Source of the DNA: Vicugna vicugna
Taxonomy: Eukaryota
Direction: 5' to 3'
Length of the DNA stretch: 64,000 nucleotides
Assembly (NCBI GenBank): GCA_013265495.1
Contig: MU059441.1
Coordinates: 248,001-312,000, forward strand
The position numbers and the translations under genes are program-made. Positions 36,246 through 48,515 of the stretch are shown in pieces (the stretch's first letter is position 1; each line of letters begins with the position of its first letter). The notes under the pieces were generated by a model, which did no database searches, was not told the origin of the DNA, and saw nothing but the letters and a program-made list of their open reading frames with translations.

Positions 36246-36880
36246 CTGTGGACAGAGCGCCGCCCACAGTCACCAGAGAGGCTGAGGGGCGGGGCCCTGC
36301 CTGCTCACGGAGTCCAGACGGTGACGACGTAAACAAAGAGCGGGGGAGAGTGTGGAGGGCTCCCTCCTGGAGGGGACGCATCACCAGGGTCTCTTTCAGA
36401 GGGAAGGAGGAAGACCACTGGAGTGGCCATCCGTGCGGGGCCGGCAGGGTCTGCACGTGTGCTGGACGTGCCCGACCTGACCTGACCGCACACCAGGGCC
36501 TGCAGACCCTGGAGGGGAGCTGGCATGGGGGCCCGGGCCTGGACAGCGCCTCCACATGGAGCCAAGGTACCTCCCGCACCTTACTCTTCAGGCCTGAATC
36601 GCCTGTTCTACAGAAAGTTTCCTTCACGGAGGAGTAAAGCTGACCCTTTTTTGGGCCAGAGCTGGTAACTGAGCACTGGACTTGCTCTCCTCATGGCTCT
36701 TTATGTTCTCGGAGTAAATGGAGAAACTGAGGCCCAGTGAGGCTGAGGCCGGGCAGGGCCAGGCAGGGCCAGCTTCCAGAAGGTACGCTGAGGACCTGTC
36801 CTGCTGGACACACTAGCCCCGCCGGCCAGGCCTGCTGCTGCAGAGGGAAGCGTGCCCCTCGCCCACCTCCCGTCTCTCAC

Positions 36881-36978
36881 CTGCTCTCTGGGCCTCCAGG
36901 AGGAAGGCGTTGCCATAGTCCCAGAAGAAGAAGTTCTCCTTGGCCAGCCTGTTGATGGCCGCCACGTGCCTCCGTAGG
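36881..36978 (-). CDS. UROC1: UROC1 exon 12 (LRRHVAAINRLAKENFFFWDYGNAFLLEAQRA)
   Basis: 98 nt, ttgcag acceptor, gtgaga donor; FWDYGN motif. Confidence 0.97.
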
Positions 36979-37501
36979 CTGCAACAGGCCACGGGCAGCG
37001 GTCAGCTCCACACCACGGGGAGCTCTGCCACCCCGGCTGCCCTGCCACTCTGCTGACTCCCGCCCCAGCTTGCGGCCCTGCACCTCCCCGCCAGCGCCTC
37101 CTGCCCAGAAGCCCCCAGCCACCAGCTCCTCACAATCCCCTTCCCCTTCAGTCCCAGCATGGTGCCCAGCCAGGCTGGCACCCCACAGGCAGGGCCGGCT
37201 TCCAGAAGCTCTCTCAGGTCCCCTCTGTAAGCGTCTGCCTTGCACCGACGCGTGCCTGAAGCTGCACCCGGTGTTTTACAAATGTCACCCCAGTCTATCC
37301 CCCAGCATCCCCGCAGGCCTGTGCACCCATGATCCCTTCTGACGGAGGAGGAGCAGAGGCCCAGAGAGGTTAAGGGTCTTGCTCAAGGCCACAAAGCGGA
37401 CCACAGGAGAACCAGGCAGAGGCCAGAGCTGCCCAGTCCAACAGCTCCTGCAGGCCGCGTGCACCCACCCCACACCCTGAGCAGCCCGGGTCCTGCGTCA
37501 C

Positions 37502-37681
37502 CTTTCCTGGACCAGGCATTTGAAGGCAACAGGGTCGGAGGCCATGAGGCTCTGGGCCTCTGCAAAGCTCAGCTGCACGGGATAGTAGCCACCATTGAAC
37601 GGGTTGTGGCAGGACGTCTGGTCTGACCCCAGGTCCACCAACAGCTCCCCCGTCATGTCCAGTTCATAGACCAGGCGCTCC
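37502..37681 (-). CDS. UROC1: UROC1 exon 11 (ERLVYELDMTGELLVDLGSDQTSCHNPFNGGYYP...VQE)
   Basis: 180 nt, cccag acceptor, gtgacg donor; SDQTSCHNP motif. Confidence 0.97.
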
Positions 37682-37986
37682 CTGGGGAGAGGTGGGGTGG
37701 TCAGGACCGGGGTGTACAGCCAGGGCACGCAGGGCACTGCAGGGTGCTGTCCAGCCAGCATGACCGGCAGCCAGGCGCAGAGGCTAATCCTGCCTCCCCT
37801 GGACAGATCCCAGCAGGAGGGCTGTCGGGCGGAGCAGAGGAGGCTGCCCTGAGCTCAGCCGGGACCCAGGCCGTGTAAGCTGGAGCTGACACTTGAGGTG
37901 CCTGCTGGGAGCGCCTGGCCAGGATCAGGACCTTGGCTGGAGGGCGCTCACCGGGGTCCCCAAGGCTGCCAGCTCCCCCCACTTAC

Positions 37987-38049
37987 CAGAGATCCACCAC
38001 GTTGCCATGGTAACCAAGGCTGAGCACCTCCTTCCTCTTCCTCGCTTCC
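37987..38049 (-). CDS. UROC1: UROC1 exon 10 (EARKRKEVLSLGYHGNVVDLW)
   Basis: 63 nt, ttccag acceptor, gtaagt donor. Confidence 0.96.
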
Positions 38050-38568
38050 CTGGAAGGGCACAGGGCAGGACAGATGACGCTGGCGCCTGCCCACGGCGGC
38101 CCACCCCACACTCACACGAGCTGGTGAGGGACCCGACCCAAGGGGAACCGCAGCCTTGAATCCCCCAAATGTAGACGGATGCGACAGTGGTGACAACCCG
38201 CCCCCCACCGGCCGCAGGATTGGACTCATAGAATTGGGGCTGCGGCTCCTAGGACTCTCACTCCAGGGGACCCTCAAATTGCAGGCGTCACTAGAGAGGA
38301 TTCTAAACATTGTGGAAAAATGAAAGGACAGAAAGTGAAAGCCTGTTCGGGGCAGCAGAGGACTTGAGCACCCCCAAGGCCTCAGAGCTGTGGGGGGCCC
38401 ACCCACTCCCACCCACTCCCACCCGCGTCTCTGTGGACCGGGGGCAGAGACACAGTGAGACGGGCCGCTTCAGGCGCCTGTCACCCGGGGCTGCACCGAT
38501 AGGTGTGTTCAGCTGTGTGACAGCAGGACCTCGGGGCCTCCTCCCCTCCCCTGGGCCAGGCACTGTAC

Positions 38569-38657
38569 CTGAGCCTCTCGATACAGCCGTCCAAGCTGTC
38601 GGTCACTTCCATCAGCCAGCCTTGCTCGTGGCGTTTCATCAGGGCCGCTCTGTCCAC
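38569..38657 (-). CDS. UROC1: UROC1 exon 9 (VDRAALMKRHEQGWLMEVTDSLDGCIERLR)
   Basis: 89 nt, cccag acceptor, gtacag donor. Confidence 0.96.
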
Positions 38658-38830
38658 CTGGGACCAAGGCACGGGGCCGCCCTGTGTCAGTCACCCACTT
38701 TCCCAACAGCGGTCAGGGAAGGTGGCGGCTCTCGGAAGGCAGGGGCACTTGCTGCCCAGGGAGCCTCCCGGGGGCACAGGAGCTGGATGGGGAGGCCGAA
38801 GGGCGGAGGCCGGTGCTGCCAGGGTCTCAC

Positions 38831-38974
38831 CTCCGCCACCACACCGATGCAGCCCACAATGACCGCGGCTTTGGCCTGAGCCCCACTCATGCCGCCCAGC
38901 CCGGAGGAGACGAAGACCTTCCCGGCCAGATCCTGGACGCCCAGGTACCGACGCCCGGCGTTCAGCACAGTGAG
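38831..38974 (-). CDS. UROC1: UROC1 exon 8 (LTVLNAGRRYLGVQDLAGKVFVSSGLGGMSGAQAKAAVIVGCIGVVAE)
   Basis: 144 nt, cccag acceptor, gtgaga donor; NAD-binding GLGGMSGAQ motif. Confidence 0.97.
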
Positions 38975-39051
38975 CTGGGGGCCGAGGGGTCGGGTCACTG
39001 CCGGCGCCCGCGCCCTCCCCCCCCCCCGAGGCCAGGCTGCCCGCGCCTCAC

Positions 39052-39118
39052 CACCGTGCCGTGGACGATTCCCTGGGGGCCGATGTAGCAGTAACTGCCG
39101 GCGGTCATCTGGCCGTAC
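39052..39118 (-). CDS. UROC1: UROC1 exon 7 (YGQMTAGSYCYIGPQGIVHGTV)
   Basis: 67 nt, cccag acceptor, gtgagg donor; YGQMTAGS..YIGPQGIVHGT motif. Confidence 0.97.
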
Positions 39119-41329
39119 CTGGGCACAGAGAAGGAGCGGCTGAGCCCCTCCACCGCCCACTTGAGACGGCGGAGAAGAGCGGTATTCGCCTCAGCGCATG
39201 AGTACACCCCTGAAAAAACAAAAGGAAGCAGTAGCAAAGGCAGCAGCCCCCAGTTCTGGTCCCCTCTGGCCCCTCAGACCCTTCACAGCCAGGCGTCGTT
39301 CCCTTGAAACTGCAGTGAAATTGGTCGTCGCCCGGGGGACCGTGTATGGACCAGAGACCCAGCACCCGACCCAGCACCTCCAGGTGAAGGGAGGACCAAA
39401 CCCGCCCCAGGAGGAGGACCCGGGCGGGGACATGCAGAGGGGAGAAGGCAGAGGCCTCCCAGGATTCCGTCCCCAGGACGTCTGGCCACCTCTGCGGGCA
39501 AGCTGCCAGGAGGGGCTCCGGCTCCGGCCAGAGGTGCTGGCGCCCCAGGCACCCGCATCAGGGCTCACCCACCACACACGAGACTGGTGTGCAGTCCTGC
39601 GTGAGGGGTTAATGTGATTTATGTAATGGCCTCAGTCTGTTTCCCCCAAACACAGGCCTGTGGGGTCTCTCCACATCAGCACCGGCAGACCCTGCGCCTC
39701 CCTGGTGCTGGCTCCCCAGTCTGCTGCCCGAGGCCGCAGATCGGGATGGCCCGGCTCCAGCCACCCTGGGACACGGGTGCAAACGTCCAGAGTATCACCA
39801 GGTAAAGCTCGCGGGTGACAGCCACCAGCGGCGTGTGAGCGCGCCCGTCTGCATCCCATGATGACAGCCCAGCGTTTGCATTTGCAGCAGTGGTGGGAAG
39901 GGCAGCTCTCAGCGGCTGCCTGAGGGCGGCTGGGGTCAGGGGAGTCTGGAGGGTGCCAGCACCCAGCACCCAGCACCTTCCCCGCCCCTCCCCCCGCCAC
40001 CGAAGCCGGGTCTGTTAACCCTCACACAACTCTGAGGAGGCAGGGGCTATTAACCGCTCTTCGCAGAGAGGCCCCGAGGTCCAAGGCCACACAGGGACAC
40101 CGGGCAGGGCGGGAGCCCACCTTACACCCCTCTGATGCATCCTTTGTCTGCCTGGTCTGCTGCCCCCAGGGCACTCTAAGGAGTAAAACTGGGGGTCAGA
40201 GTGTCTCCACTTGGGCCTCGGACCCCGTCACTAGAGGCAGCCCTCCCGGCGACCCCAGGCTTGCAGCATTGACTCCTGGCCCCTAGTCTGCGGCCGCCTG
40301 TCTCCCCGCGGCCCCAGGGTGCTGGGGGCTATTTCCAGCCTGCTTCTCTCAGCCTGAGGGTGAGAAGGCTTCGGTCTGGGCAGTGGGTCTCAGGCTCCTG
40401 GTACAGGAAGCCCTTCCCCTCCGCTGCTCTTCTGTATTTTCTCTTTGGTCAGCTGCCCGCAGACCGTGGGTCGGCGCATGGGTCAGCGCCCCGGGGCGGC
40501 CAGACCAGGCCTGACTCTGCAGCTCCGCCTGTCCCCGGCCTGATGGCCGGTCCAAGGCCACACTCAGGAGGCACAGAGCCAGGCACCAACCGCTTCTCTG
40601 CTCCCACTACAGAAGGGGGCGTCAGGCCTCGCGATAAATAGTAATGACAGCACCTTGCTGGATGTTGTTGTCAGATAGCGACGGTAACTGCTCACAACGA
40701 ACCAAAAAAGGAACTGGGTTTCTGAGCCTGTTTCCCCCTCCACAAACGGGTCAACGCTGGTCCCTGCATTGGAGGCGTCTGTGGCTACTAGAGCACGTGG
40801 CAGTGACAGGTCACGGTCACATCATAAGCCATAGTCTGAGGCCTGCTGGGCCGGCTCCCAATACTGCAGACTCAGCACTCTTCACGTGGTAACAACCCCA
40901 GCGCAACACCCCAGAGATGCCCAGAGACAGCGGATCAGGGTTTGCTGCTGCGTCTGCACCTCCCCAAAGAGCTGAAGACAACCCAACCCAGGTGGCAGGT
41001 GGGCTGCACAAATCACCGGGCAGCGGAGAACTGCTGGTGAAACAGTGAGTCTGCTCCTGTCTCCTGAGATGGGACAGCTGAAGCGGGTCAGGCGCGGCAG
41101 GCCCTGCCCCCCGTGTCCAACCAGCCCCGTTGGAAGTCCACACGCACAAGAGGTGCTGGGAAGGTCACAGGAGACGTGATGGCTGGGCGTCTGGGGTGGG
41201 AGAGGGACTCCCTTCCTGCTGCGGCTCCTTCCATAATGACGTTCAAGGGAAGGTCTCCAATGAGAGCGTTAACGTTACGACATGCCCGGCAGGGCGGCTG
41301 TGCCCCCAGGGGTTTCCTGCACAGACACA

Positions 41330-41620
41330 TGCCTCCCACAGAGGCCACGGCACGCGTGCAGACGTGCATTCGTGATGTGTCAACTTCACTTTAGAAGGAA
41401 AAACTCTGCGCACAAACGTTGAATTCCAGGCAATGGTGTGTGCAGCTTACTCTGAGATGCGTCACAAAGACCCCGGAGAGAGGGCTGGAGAGGCAGGTAG
41501 GACGCGAAGTGAGCTCAGCAGCGGGTCAGGCCCAGGAGCTTGGTGTCCCCTGTCAATTCTTTCAATTTTCTGTAGGTTTGAAAGTGATCATAATCTACTG
41601 TTGCAAAAAGTGGGATTCAA
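41330..41620 (+). mobile_element. Old LINE-1 3' end fragment
   Basis: aattctttcaattttctgtaggtttgaaagtgatcataat resembles L1MC/MD 3' ends. Confidence 0.5.
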
Positions 41621-41798
41621 GTTGTACGTTCATTCGCTCACAAGCGTATACAAATCGTAGGCCCTCCCACGAACTAGCAGCAAACACATAAACACGAAGC
41701 TCGCTGCAGGCCTTCCACCGTGAGGGGCTGTGGAGCTGCAGTCACCGTGGCTGCGTCCTCTTACCACGAAGCCGTGGCAGACAGAAACCGTGACTTAC

Positions 41799-41860
41799 AT
41801 GGTGACTCCCATGGCGAAGAGCTTCTCATACTCCGTCCTGGAGGAGTAGTTGGGAATGAC
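41799..41860 (-). CDS. UROC1: UROC1 exon 6 (VIPNYSSRTEYEKLFAMGVTM)
   Basis: 62 nt, ttccag acceptor, gtaagt donor. Confidence 0.96.
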
Positions 41861-41961
41861 CTGGAAGAGAGGAACGGAGGAAGGCGGGGCCGCACCGGGC
41901 CCTCCAGAACGAGGGGTCAGTGGGCGGGGGGCCCCGGCTCCCCTGCTGCCCAGGGACCCAC

Positions 41962-42090
41962 CATCCCGTTGGAGATAACCAGCCTTGGGGCCCCGGGGCT
42001 GCTGGGGAAGAGGCCCAGCGGGTGCCCGCTGTACATGACCAGGGTCTGCTCCTCTGTCATCTGTGCCAGGTAGGTCATCGTCAGCCAGAA
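41962..42090 (-). CDS. UROC1: UROC1 exon 5 (FWLTMTYLAQMTEEQTLVMYSGHPLGLFPSSPGAPRLVISNGM)
   Basis: 129 nt, ctgcag acceptor, gtgggt donor. Confidence 0.96.
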
Positions 42091-42352
42091 CTGCAGGCAG
42101 AGCGAAACCACAGGCTCGTGAGGGGGCCTCTCCGGCCCCGTCACCACCCAGGCTGCAGCCGGTCCCCCCCAGCCTCCGCGACACTCCAGGGCTCTGCCCT
42201 CAGGACCTCCAATGTCCCCAGACAGCCTGGCATCAGGGAGGTAGAGACTGAGTCGAGCTGTGGGTCTGCAGGGCCCTTCTAGGCCAGAGATTGGCGGGGG
42301 AGCCCAGGGTAGGGGGTAGGTCCTGAGGGGAGCGGCCACACAGCCAGCGCAC

Positions 42353-42412
42353 CTGAGCCCAGTTGCTGAACACCTGCCCGTTTCCTCCGTAGGTCACAAG
42401 CTCCTGGGGGAA
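42353..42412 (-). CDS. UROC1: UROC1 exon 4 (FPQELVTYGGNGQVFSNWAQ)
   Basis: 60 nt, ctccag acceptor, gtgcgc donor; ELVTYGG motif; missed by the ORF track. Confidence 0.96.
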
Positions 42413-42814
42413 CTGGAGAAGACATGGTGTCAGCTAAGGTGGGGGCCTCCCACCCCTGCACTGGACTCAAGGGGCAGGTGGCCGAAGGCCCTTGAAGGAG
42501 GAGTGGTAGGCCGGCGGAGGGCAGGAGGGGAGCCAGAAGGGTCAAGGGCAGGGGACCGCGGCCCACCTGTGAGCAGGGTCAGGGCTCAGCTCAGGGTGAG
42601 CATCAGAGCTGGGTCTGGGGTCACTTCGGGAACTCAGCCTGCAGCCAGTGTTGGGGCCTGTCCTTGAGCAGATCCTGGGGCCAGGGCTGAGGACACCCTC
42701 GCCACGAGGTGGGCAGTAAAGATCTAGGGCCCTTTCACACACAAGCATGATGCTCAGGGCCAAGTGCCCCGAAGGCTAAATGCTTTCTCGAATGCAGGGA
42801 TCTGATGCACAGGC

Positions 42815-43145
42815 TGCCGCTGGAGGACGCCCGGGACAGGCACATGTGGCCCGACCTGCACCGCCCACATGTGGGCGGGCGTCAGGCACCGGAGCCACAG
42901 GCGTCTGACGAGCTCTAAGCATAAAATGCTGAGATAAACACCCCTGATTTCAAGGCCTCGGTGGGAAAAAATCTACAAAATATTTCAGTAAGTTTCATAT
43001 AGATGACGTGTTAAAATGATAATGTTTTGGACACATTGGGACAAACCACCAAATGAAAGCTGCTTCCTTTTAGCTTTCGTGGAGACTAGAGGATGTAAAA
43101 CCACGAGTGCGTCCGCTGTACCAGCGTGGATGTCGCGGTGCTGCG
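42815..43145 (-). mobile_element. MER33-like hAT-Charlie DNA transposon relic
   Basis: gtgttaaaatgataatgttttggacacattggg, cctgatttcaagg and cacatgtggc match the recalled MER33 reverse complement. Confidence 0.55.
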
Positions 43146-43347
43146 CCTGTGCGCGGGTCACGGGAGAGGCAGCCGCTGGCGGCGCCTGGGACAGGGGGTG
43201 GGGTCCTCCCTGCACTGCCTTTGCAACTTCCCGTGAGTCCATCATTATTTCTAAATAAAAGGCTTGGGAGCGTCACACGTGTGTCTCACAGTGCGTCTCC
43301 ATGGGGCAGCGCTGGCCCAGGCCCAGTTCTCGCTTCTCAGCCGTTAC

Positions 43348-43441
43348 CTGGGCCACGGCAGGGTCCAGGTTGTTCATGACCATGTGCATGATGGCTGCAG
43401 CCGCGCGCGTCCGGCAGGGGTACTGCTCCACCGGGTAGGCC
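43348..43441 (-). CDS. UROC1: UROC1 exon 3 (AYPVEQYPCRTRAAAAIMHMVMNNLDPAVAQ)
   Basis: 94 nt, ttgcag acceptor, gtaacg donor; NNLDP motif. Confidence 0.96.
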
Positions 43442-44093
43442 CTGCAAGGGGGTCCAGCTGCCAGGCCTGCTGTCGGGTGGCACAGGCTTCCTGCCTGCGG
43501 CTGAAGCCCAGCATGGCCTCAGCTCAGCCCCTGGTCGCAGGTGGGGACAGCGAGCCCGGCGCCCTGCGGAAGGGCCCCTCGGAGCTCCCAGCAGGAGCTG
43601 GTTCCAAACCACCAGGCCAACTGCTCCGGTACTCACACTGTTCCCGGGATGGGCAGTGGGACCTCACCCCGCCCAGGCTGCCTCCCTCCCGTTTGGCAGG
43701 CTCCACCGGGGAGAAGGCTGACTTCAAAGCACAGCAGAAGCCTCTCCTCCAGGCCGACTTTATCTATCCGTCCTCCCCTTCGCTCCACCAGGCCCCTGGC
43801 ACCGACCCTGGAGCGGGTGCCAGACCAGTAGTCCTGCGCAGGAGTGAGGGGACGCAGTTCTGTTTCATGGGGTGGTCCAGACAGCCTGGGCCTCTAGTGT
43901 TTTCAAGAACAACGGTGCCCAGTGGGGCAGCATCTCCTGGGGGCATAAGGAGGGCAGATCCTTCTGCCTGGAGCTGGCTGCAGCCCCAAGCCTGGCCCAT
44001 GTTGCGGGCTTGGCCGTTCTGGGGTTGACAGCCTGGTCCCCCTTCCCTGTTTCCTGACCCCACATGGTCCCCCAGGGGCCCACCTGCACCCAC

Positions 44094-44224
44094 CTCATCT
44101 CCATGTCGGGACAGAACCGGTACATGTAGATGTGCCCGTACAGTCGCAGCTCCTGGGCGAACTCGGGGGCCAGCAGCTCCTGGATGTCCGGGGGGAAGTA
44201 CCGGAGGGCATTCCTCAGTGCCAG
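44094..44224 (-). CDS. UROC1: UROC1 exon 2 (LALRNALRYFPPDIQELLAPEFAQELRLYGHIYMYRFCPDMEMR)
   Basis: 131 nt, ctgcag acceptor, gtgggt donor. Confidence 0.97.
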
Positions 44225-46824
44225 CTGCAGGAGGAGAGCCGTGAGTGCAGCAGGGGTGCAGGCTCCAGGCCAGGATCGAGATGCTTCCACGATGGGTCAT
44301 CCTCCCTCCCCACTGGTGTGCCTCTGTTCTACTCAGAAACCTATGGCCCTGCCCAGAGATGGCCCAGTTCTCACCCAGGCCTGTCTACAATGTCACCTCT
44401 TTCAGGAAGCCTTCCCTGATCGCCCTCTCTGCTTCATGTAGGAGCCCTCAAGTCTCTCCCTCTTTTGTTCCCCATGGGCCAGGCTGCTTGGCCACAGGGA
44501 AGGACCAGAGAGGGGCCTGCCCTGAGGCTTGTGACTGCAGGGGGGTGCAGACTCCGGGGGAGGAAAGCAGGCGTGTGGGGCCACAGCACCTCGTGCCAGG
44601 GCAGAGCAGCCCCCAGCTCGGCCAGTAGCCTCAGGCAGTAAGGTGCCCTGGACGCCAAGGGCAGAGGGCTAGGAGGAGGAGGGCAGCCCGCCCCGTGTGC
44701 CCTGAGGTCCAGCACTTCGTGACAAGGGTGTCACTGAGGGCCTCAGGCTGGTGGGGCGGGAGGGGAGGGTGAGACGGATGATGAGGGAATCACTGGCTCA
44801 GGGTCCCCGGAGCTGGAGACGGTTTGCCCAGAACAGCCTCTTCAGTTTTCATGTGGAATAAAAGCACAAAATCCCTCCTCCCTTAGAAAAAAACGACCGG
44901 AAACACAGCGCCTCCCTTGAGAGGTGGCTCGGCATACGCCCCGGCGGGAGGTTCTCAGTCACCCGGAGGCTGGCCCGCCCCGAAGTCTCTGGTGCGCAGT
45001 TCTGGGTTCCCAGGGGCTGCCACCGCCGACCCGGGGACCCCCCTCTGGGAACCGCTGCGGGAGGGCAGCAGCCGGCTGATTCTCCTGCCCCTGGGGCTGC
45101 GTGGGAGGGGCCCACCAGAAAGGACGCACTGCAACTGCAGGGAAGGTGTGCGGCCAGGAGTCAGGAGAGCCAGGCCCTCCACAGTCTGGCCGGGGCCTGG
45201 GGTCCAGCTGCTCTCTGCGCCTGCCACAGCTCAACGGCACAGCTGCTAATCCGATCTTGCCAAGCAAAACCGAACATTTATGGAAAAGTTCCAAAAGCAA
45301 CACCTCACACAGGCACACACGCTCCACTCGAGGCCTAACCCTATGTCGTGGGTCCCAACGTGTTCTGCTGGACTCTGGCTCCCTTGAGTTCACTTTCTAG
45401 GAAACGCTGGTTCCAACCCCCGCCCCATGTCGCAGCCCACAGAGAGGCGGCAGCTGCGGCCTGACCACCAGGATCCCCGTCCTCACGTGTGCGTGTCCCG
45501 GAGGCGCCGGGTGGAAGGCGGCCCGTGCGAGTGCTGGTGCAGCGCTGGGCGGGGGTGTCCACGCCGCAAACACTCAGTGAAGTCTCCCATCAAAATGAAC
45601 CGTCCTTACACTGTGTCCGTGCACAGAGCTGGTGGAACGTCTCAGCCATTCCACGAAATGCCTTAAAAGGCCCTGAAACTCCACGGCTTCCAGCACAAAG
45701 TCCTTCTGCACGTGCACCACAAACACAGAGGGGCGCCAGCGACTCCCCGAACCCACAACGCAGCACAGAACTCCATTTGCCACAACCCCCCTCGTGAAAG
45801 ACCCCATTTTAGGACCACTGGATTCCTCTTTATCCCTGAAATTCAGTGAGTCAGCCTGAGTACGGCTTCACGCCAACCATCCTACATCAGAGTTTCTGTT
45901 TTTGCTTCTGATGGTAAACTCTTTTTATCTGCAATTTCATGTTTTCACTAGCTCAGGAAAGTTGTCTTCTGTATTTTTGTTCAGTAACTTTCTCTTCTGT
46001 GTCTAAAGTTACGTGAGAGGTATGCGGCAGATAGTTCTTGAGCGAAAGAATTTGAAAGAAGCAGCTCTTTGCCAGCCTGGATTCAATACTCCAAGCTCTG
46101 AACAGGGGCCATTCTCAGCATCACGAAGAGGTGGAGCTCGGACAGGCTGTGTGATGTGCTGGGGTCCTGTGGCCACCCCGGACGAGGCCCAGGTGCCCCA
46201 AGGCCCCGGCAGTCTCGGCAGAGGAGAAGGGTCAGCAAGAGCAGGCCAGGTGGGCGATGGGGGTGGTCTCTGGATGTGCAGGGACAGCAGGGTCTGCCCG
46301 GCCCTGCCGCACAGCAGGTGTGCAAGCTCGGGCAGGCCCCGCCCATTTCCTCATCCAAAGATCCCAAGGCAGAACCCGCCCCCCCAGCCTTGCTGCTCCC
46401 TTGCTCAAAGGTCTTCAGTTTATTCTAAAGCACCGCCAGGCAGAGCCTGTGGGGCCGACTTGGGAATTCAGTCCCGGTGGCCAGCTGGCTGGCAGTGATT
46501 GCACAGGACCCCACAGCTTGGCCGACTCCAGAGGGTCTGCTCTGCAGCACGGAGGAGGCAGACACAGGTTTTCCCCATTGAGAGTGCGGCCTGTGGGTCA
46601 CATAATGCGTGTTGCCAGGGGGCCTTACTGGCAAAATCGGACGTACTCAAGGCACATACATTGGACAGAAATTCTAGAGACCCCTTCCCCTCCCCCGCCT
46701 TGACTTAACGGCATGAGGATCTGACAAGCTCAGTGGCCTGCACCCTTAGGGCCAGGGGATTGTTTCACAAAAGTCCGGTGTGCAGCCTGGGGTCGGGGGA
46801 GAGTTCTGGGTGCCTGATGGTCCA

Positions 46825-47125
46825 GTGGAGAGAATAAAGGCCCCCAAAGATGTCCACGCCCTGCCGCCCGGGACCTGTGAACACGTAACGTCACACAGCA
46901 AGAGAGACTTTGCAGATGTGGTTCAGGTAAGGATTTTGAGATGGGAGGCGATCCTACGTGACCCTGCAGCATCCCAGGTGTCCTCATAAGAGGAGAGCTG
47001 AGGGACTGGGACTTGCTGCACTGCTGGCTTTGGAGACAGAGGGCCCAGGAGCCCAGGAGCGCAGGCACCTCTGGAGCCCAGAAAGGCCAGCGGAGGGCTG
47101 TCCTCGGGGGGAGCCAGCCTGCTGC
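46825..47125 (+). mobile_element. MLT1D-like MaLR LTR
   Basis: aaggcccccaaagatgtccac...gggacctgtgaacacgt...gactttgcagatgtg...gattttgagatggga. Confidence 0.7.
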
Positions 47126-48229
47126 AACATTTTTAACTTGACCTTCCATCATATATTTAATTCTACTAAAAATGAGTTACAGGCATTTAAAACATGTAAA
47201 CCCAAACCAGGACACTCCTGATCTGTGAGGCCTGTGCCCCAGCGTGAGAGTCACGAGGCAGCAGTGCCTGAGCAGGGGAACTGCCGCTTCTTGCGTCTGC
47301 ACGAGCCTTCTTGCTCTTAGCCCAGTGAAGCCCGTTTCGGGTTTCCTGCGCTCGGGATTGTAAGGGAGCAAATCTGTGCCGGTTTAAAGCCACTGCCGTT
47401 GTGGGGATTTGTCAGCAGCGACAGGACACTAAGAAGATGGCGAGAATCATGTCGCTTCTGCTGCGAGAACACCTTTCCTGCCTGGTGGCTGGTAACCGAG
47501 GACACCAGCCCGCGACCTGGAGTGGCTCACAGGGCAGGGGTGCTTGTGTGTGTGTCAGAGAGAGAGAGACCGACAGACAGACAGAGGATGTGGCCCACGC
47601 CTTTCGTTCTAACCTGGCAGGGAGCTAGAAGTTTCTGACTGTCACTGTTTCTGCCAAGAACAATGGCTCTGTCTGAATTACCTGCACCCTCCTGTGCCCT
47701 CGCCGGAACCGCAGCCAGGCTTCCTGGGTCCAAACCATGGGTCAGGCTCCTCTGGCTGGGGCGGGCAGCCTCCCCAGAGGCTGTTGCCTCTGCGCCCAGG
47801 TCTCCGCACCTCAGTCTGTACTGGGGTCTGCCCCACACATGCTTGCCTCGCCTCTCAGGACTTCAGCCTCCTCTTCCGAGCAGGTGGCTCCTGCCCCCCA
47901 GGGCCATCTTGGGGACCGGGTGAACCGATGGGTTAAGCACCGTGCCTGGCACACACGGCTCCCAGAACGACCGTCTCCCACACTCACGGCCTCATCCTTC
48001 CAGCCGGGCCTCTGTCCACCCTGCCCACCTAGGAACCTGCACTCTCCATGGGCAGTGCTGTTAAGAGGCAGGTCACGCCCAGCTCAGGGACCATCATGAG
48101 CTCCTTGTTATGCACCTGATAAAGTGCACACTGGCTGGCGTCCAGGCCCCTCAGTAACCAGGTGGGCCCGGCTCTGCAAGGTCCACACCCAGCATGGGCC
48201 TACATGGGGCCTCCTCCTCCCCAATTTAC

Positions 48230-48515
48230 TCTGCACAAGCCCTCTCTGCATCTTCACTCACTGCCTCCCGCTGGCTCCAAAGGGCCTTCCCTCTCAGGTT
48301 TCTCAGTCTGGAAACCTTGCCCACGGTGCCAAGGACAGCTCCTCCAAGAAGCCTTCCTGGGTTTCTCCTGCCTGCTAAACTCCGGTAGGGTATTCATTTG
48401 GGCACTTAGCATGTAGTCTTGTTCATCCACTCAACAAACAACTCCAGCATCACTGAAGACCCAGGAACGAGCTCAACAGAGCCCCACCCTCCAGAAGCTC
48501 AGGGGCTGTGTTAGC
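48230..48515. mobile_element. L2 fragments, probably two pieces in opposite orientation
   Basis: cctccaagaagccttcctg and ttcatccactcaacaaac resemble L2 pieces. Confidence 0.3.

Noticed and set aside
38050-38568. Possible counterpart of the extra exon I recall in a longer human UROC1 isoform
   Set aside because: No recognisable matching exon with splice sites here, and my recollection of its position is uncertain
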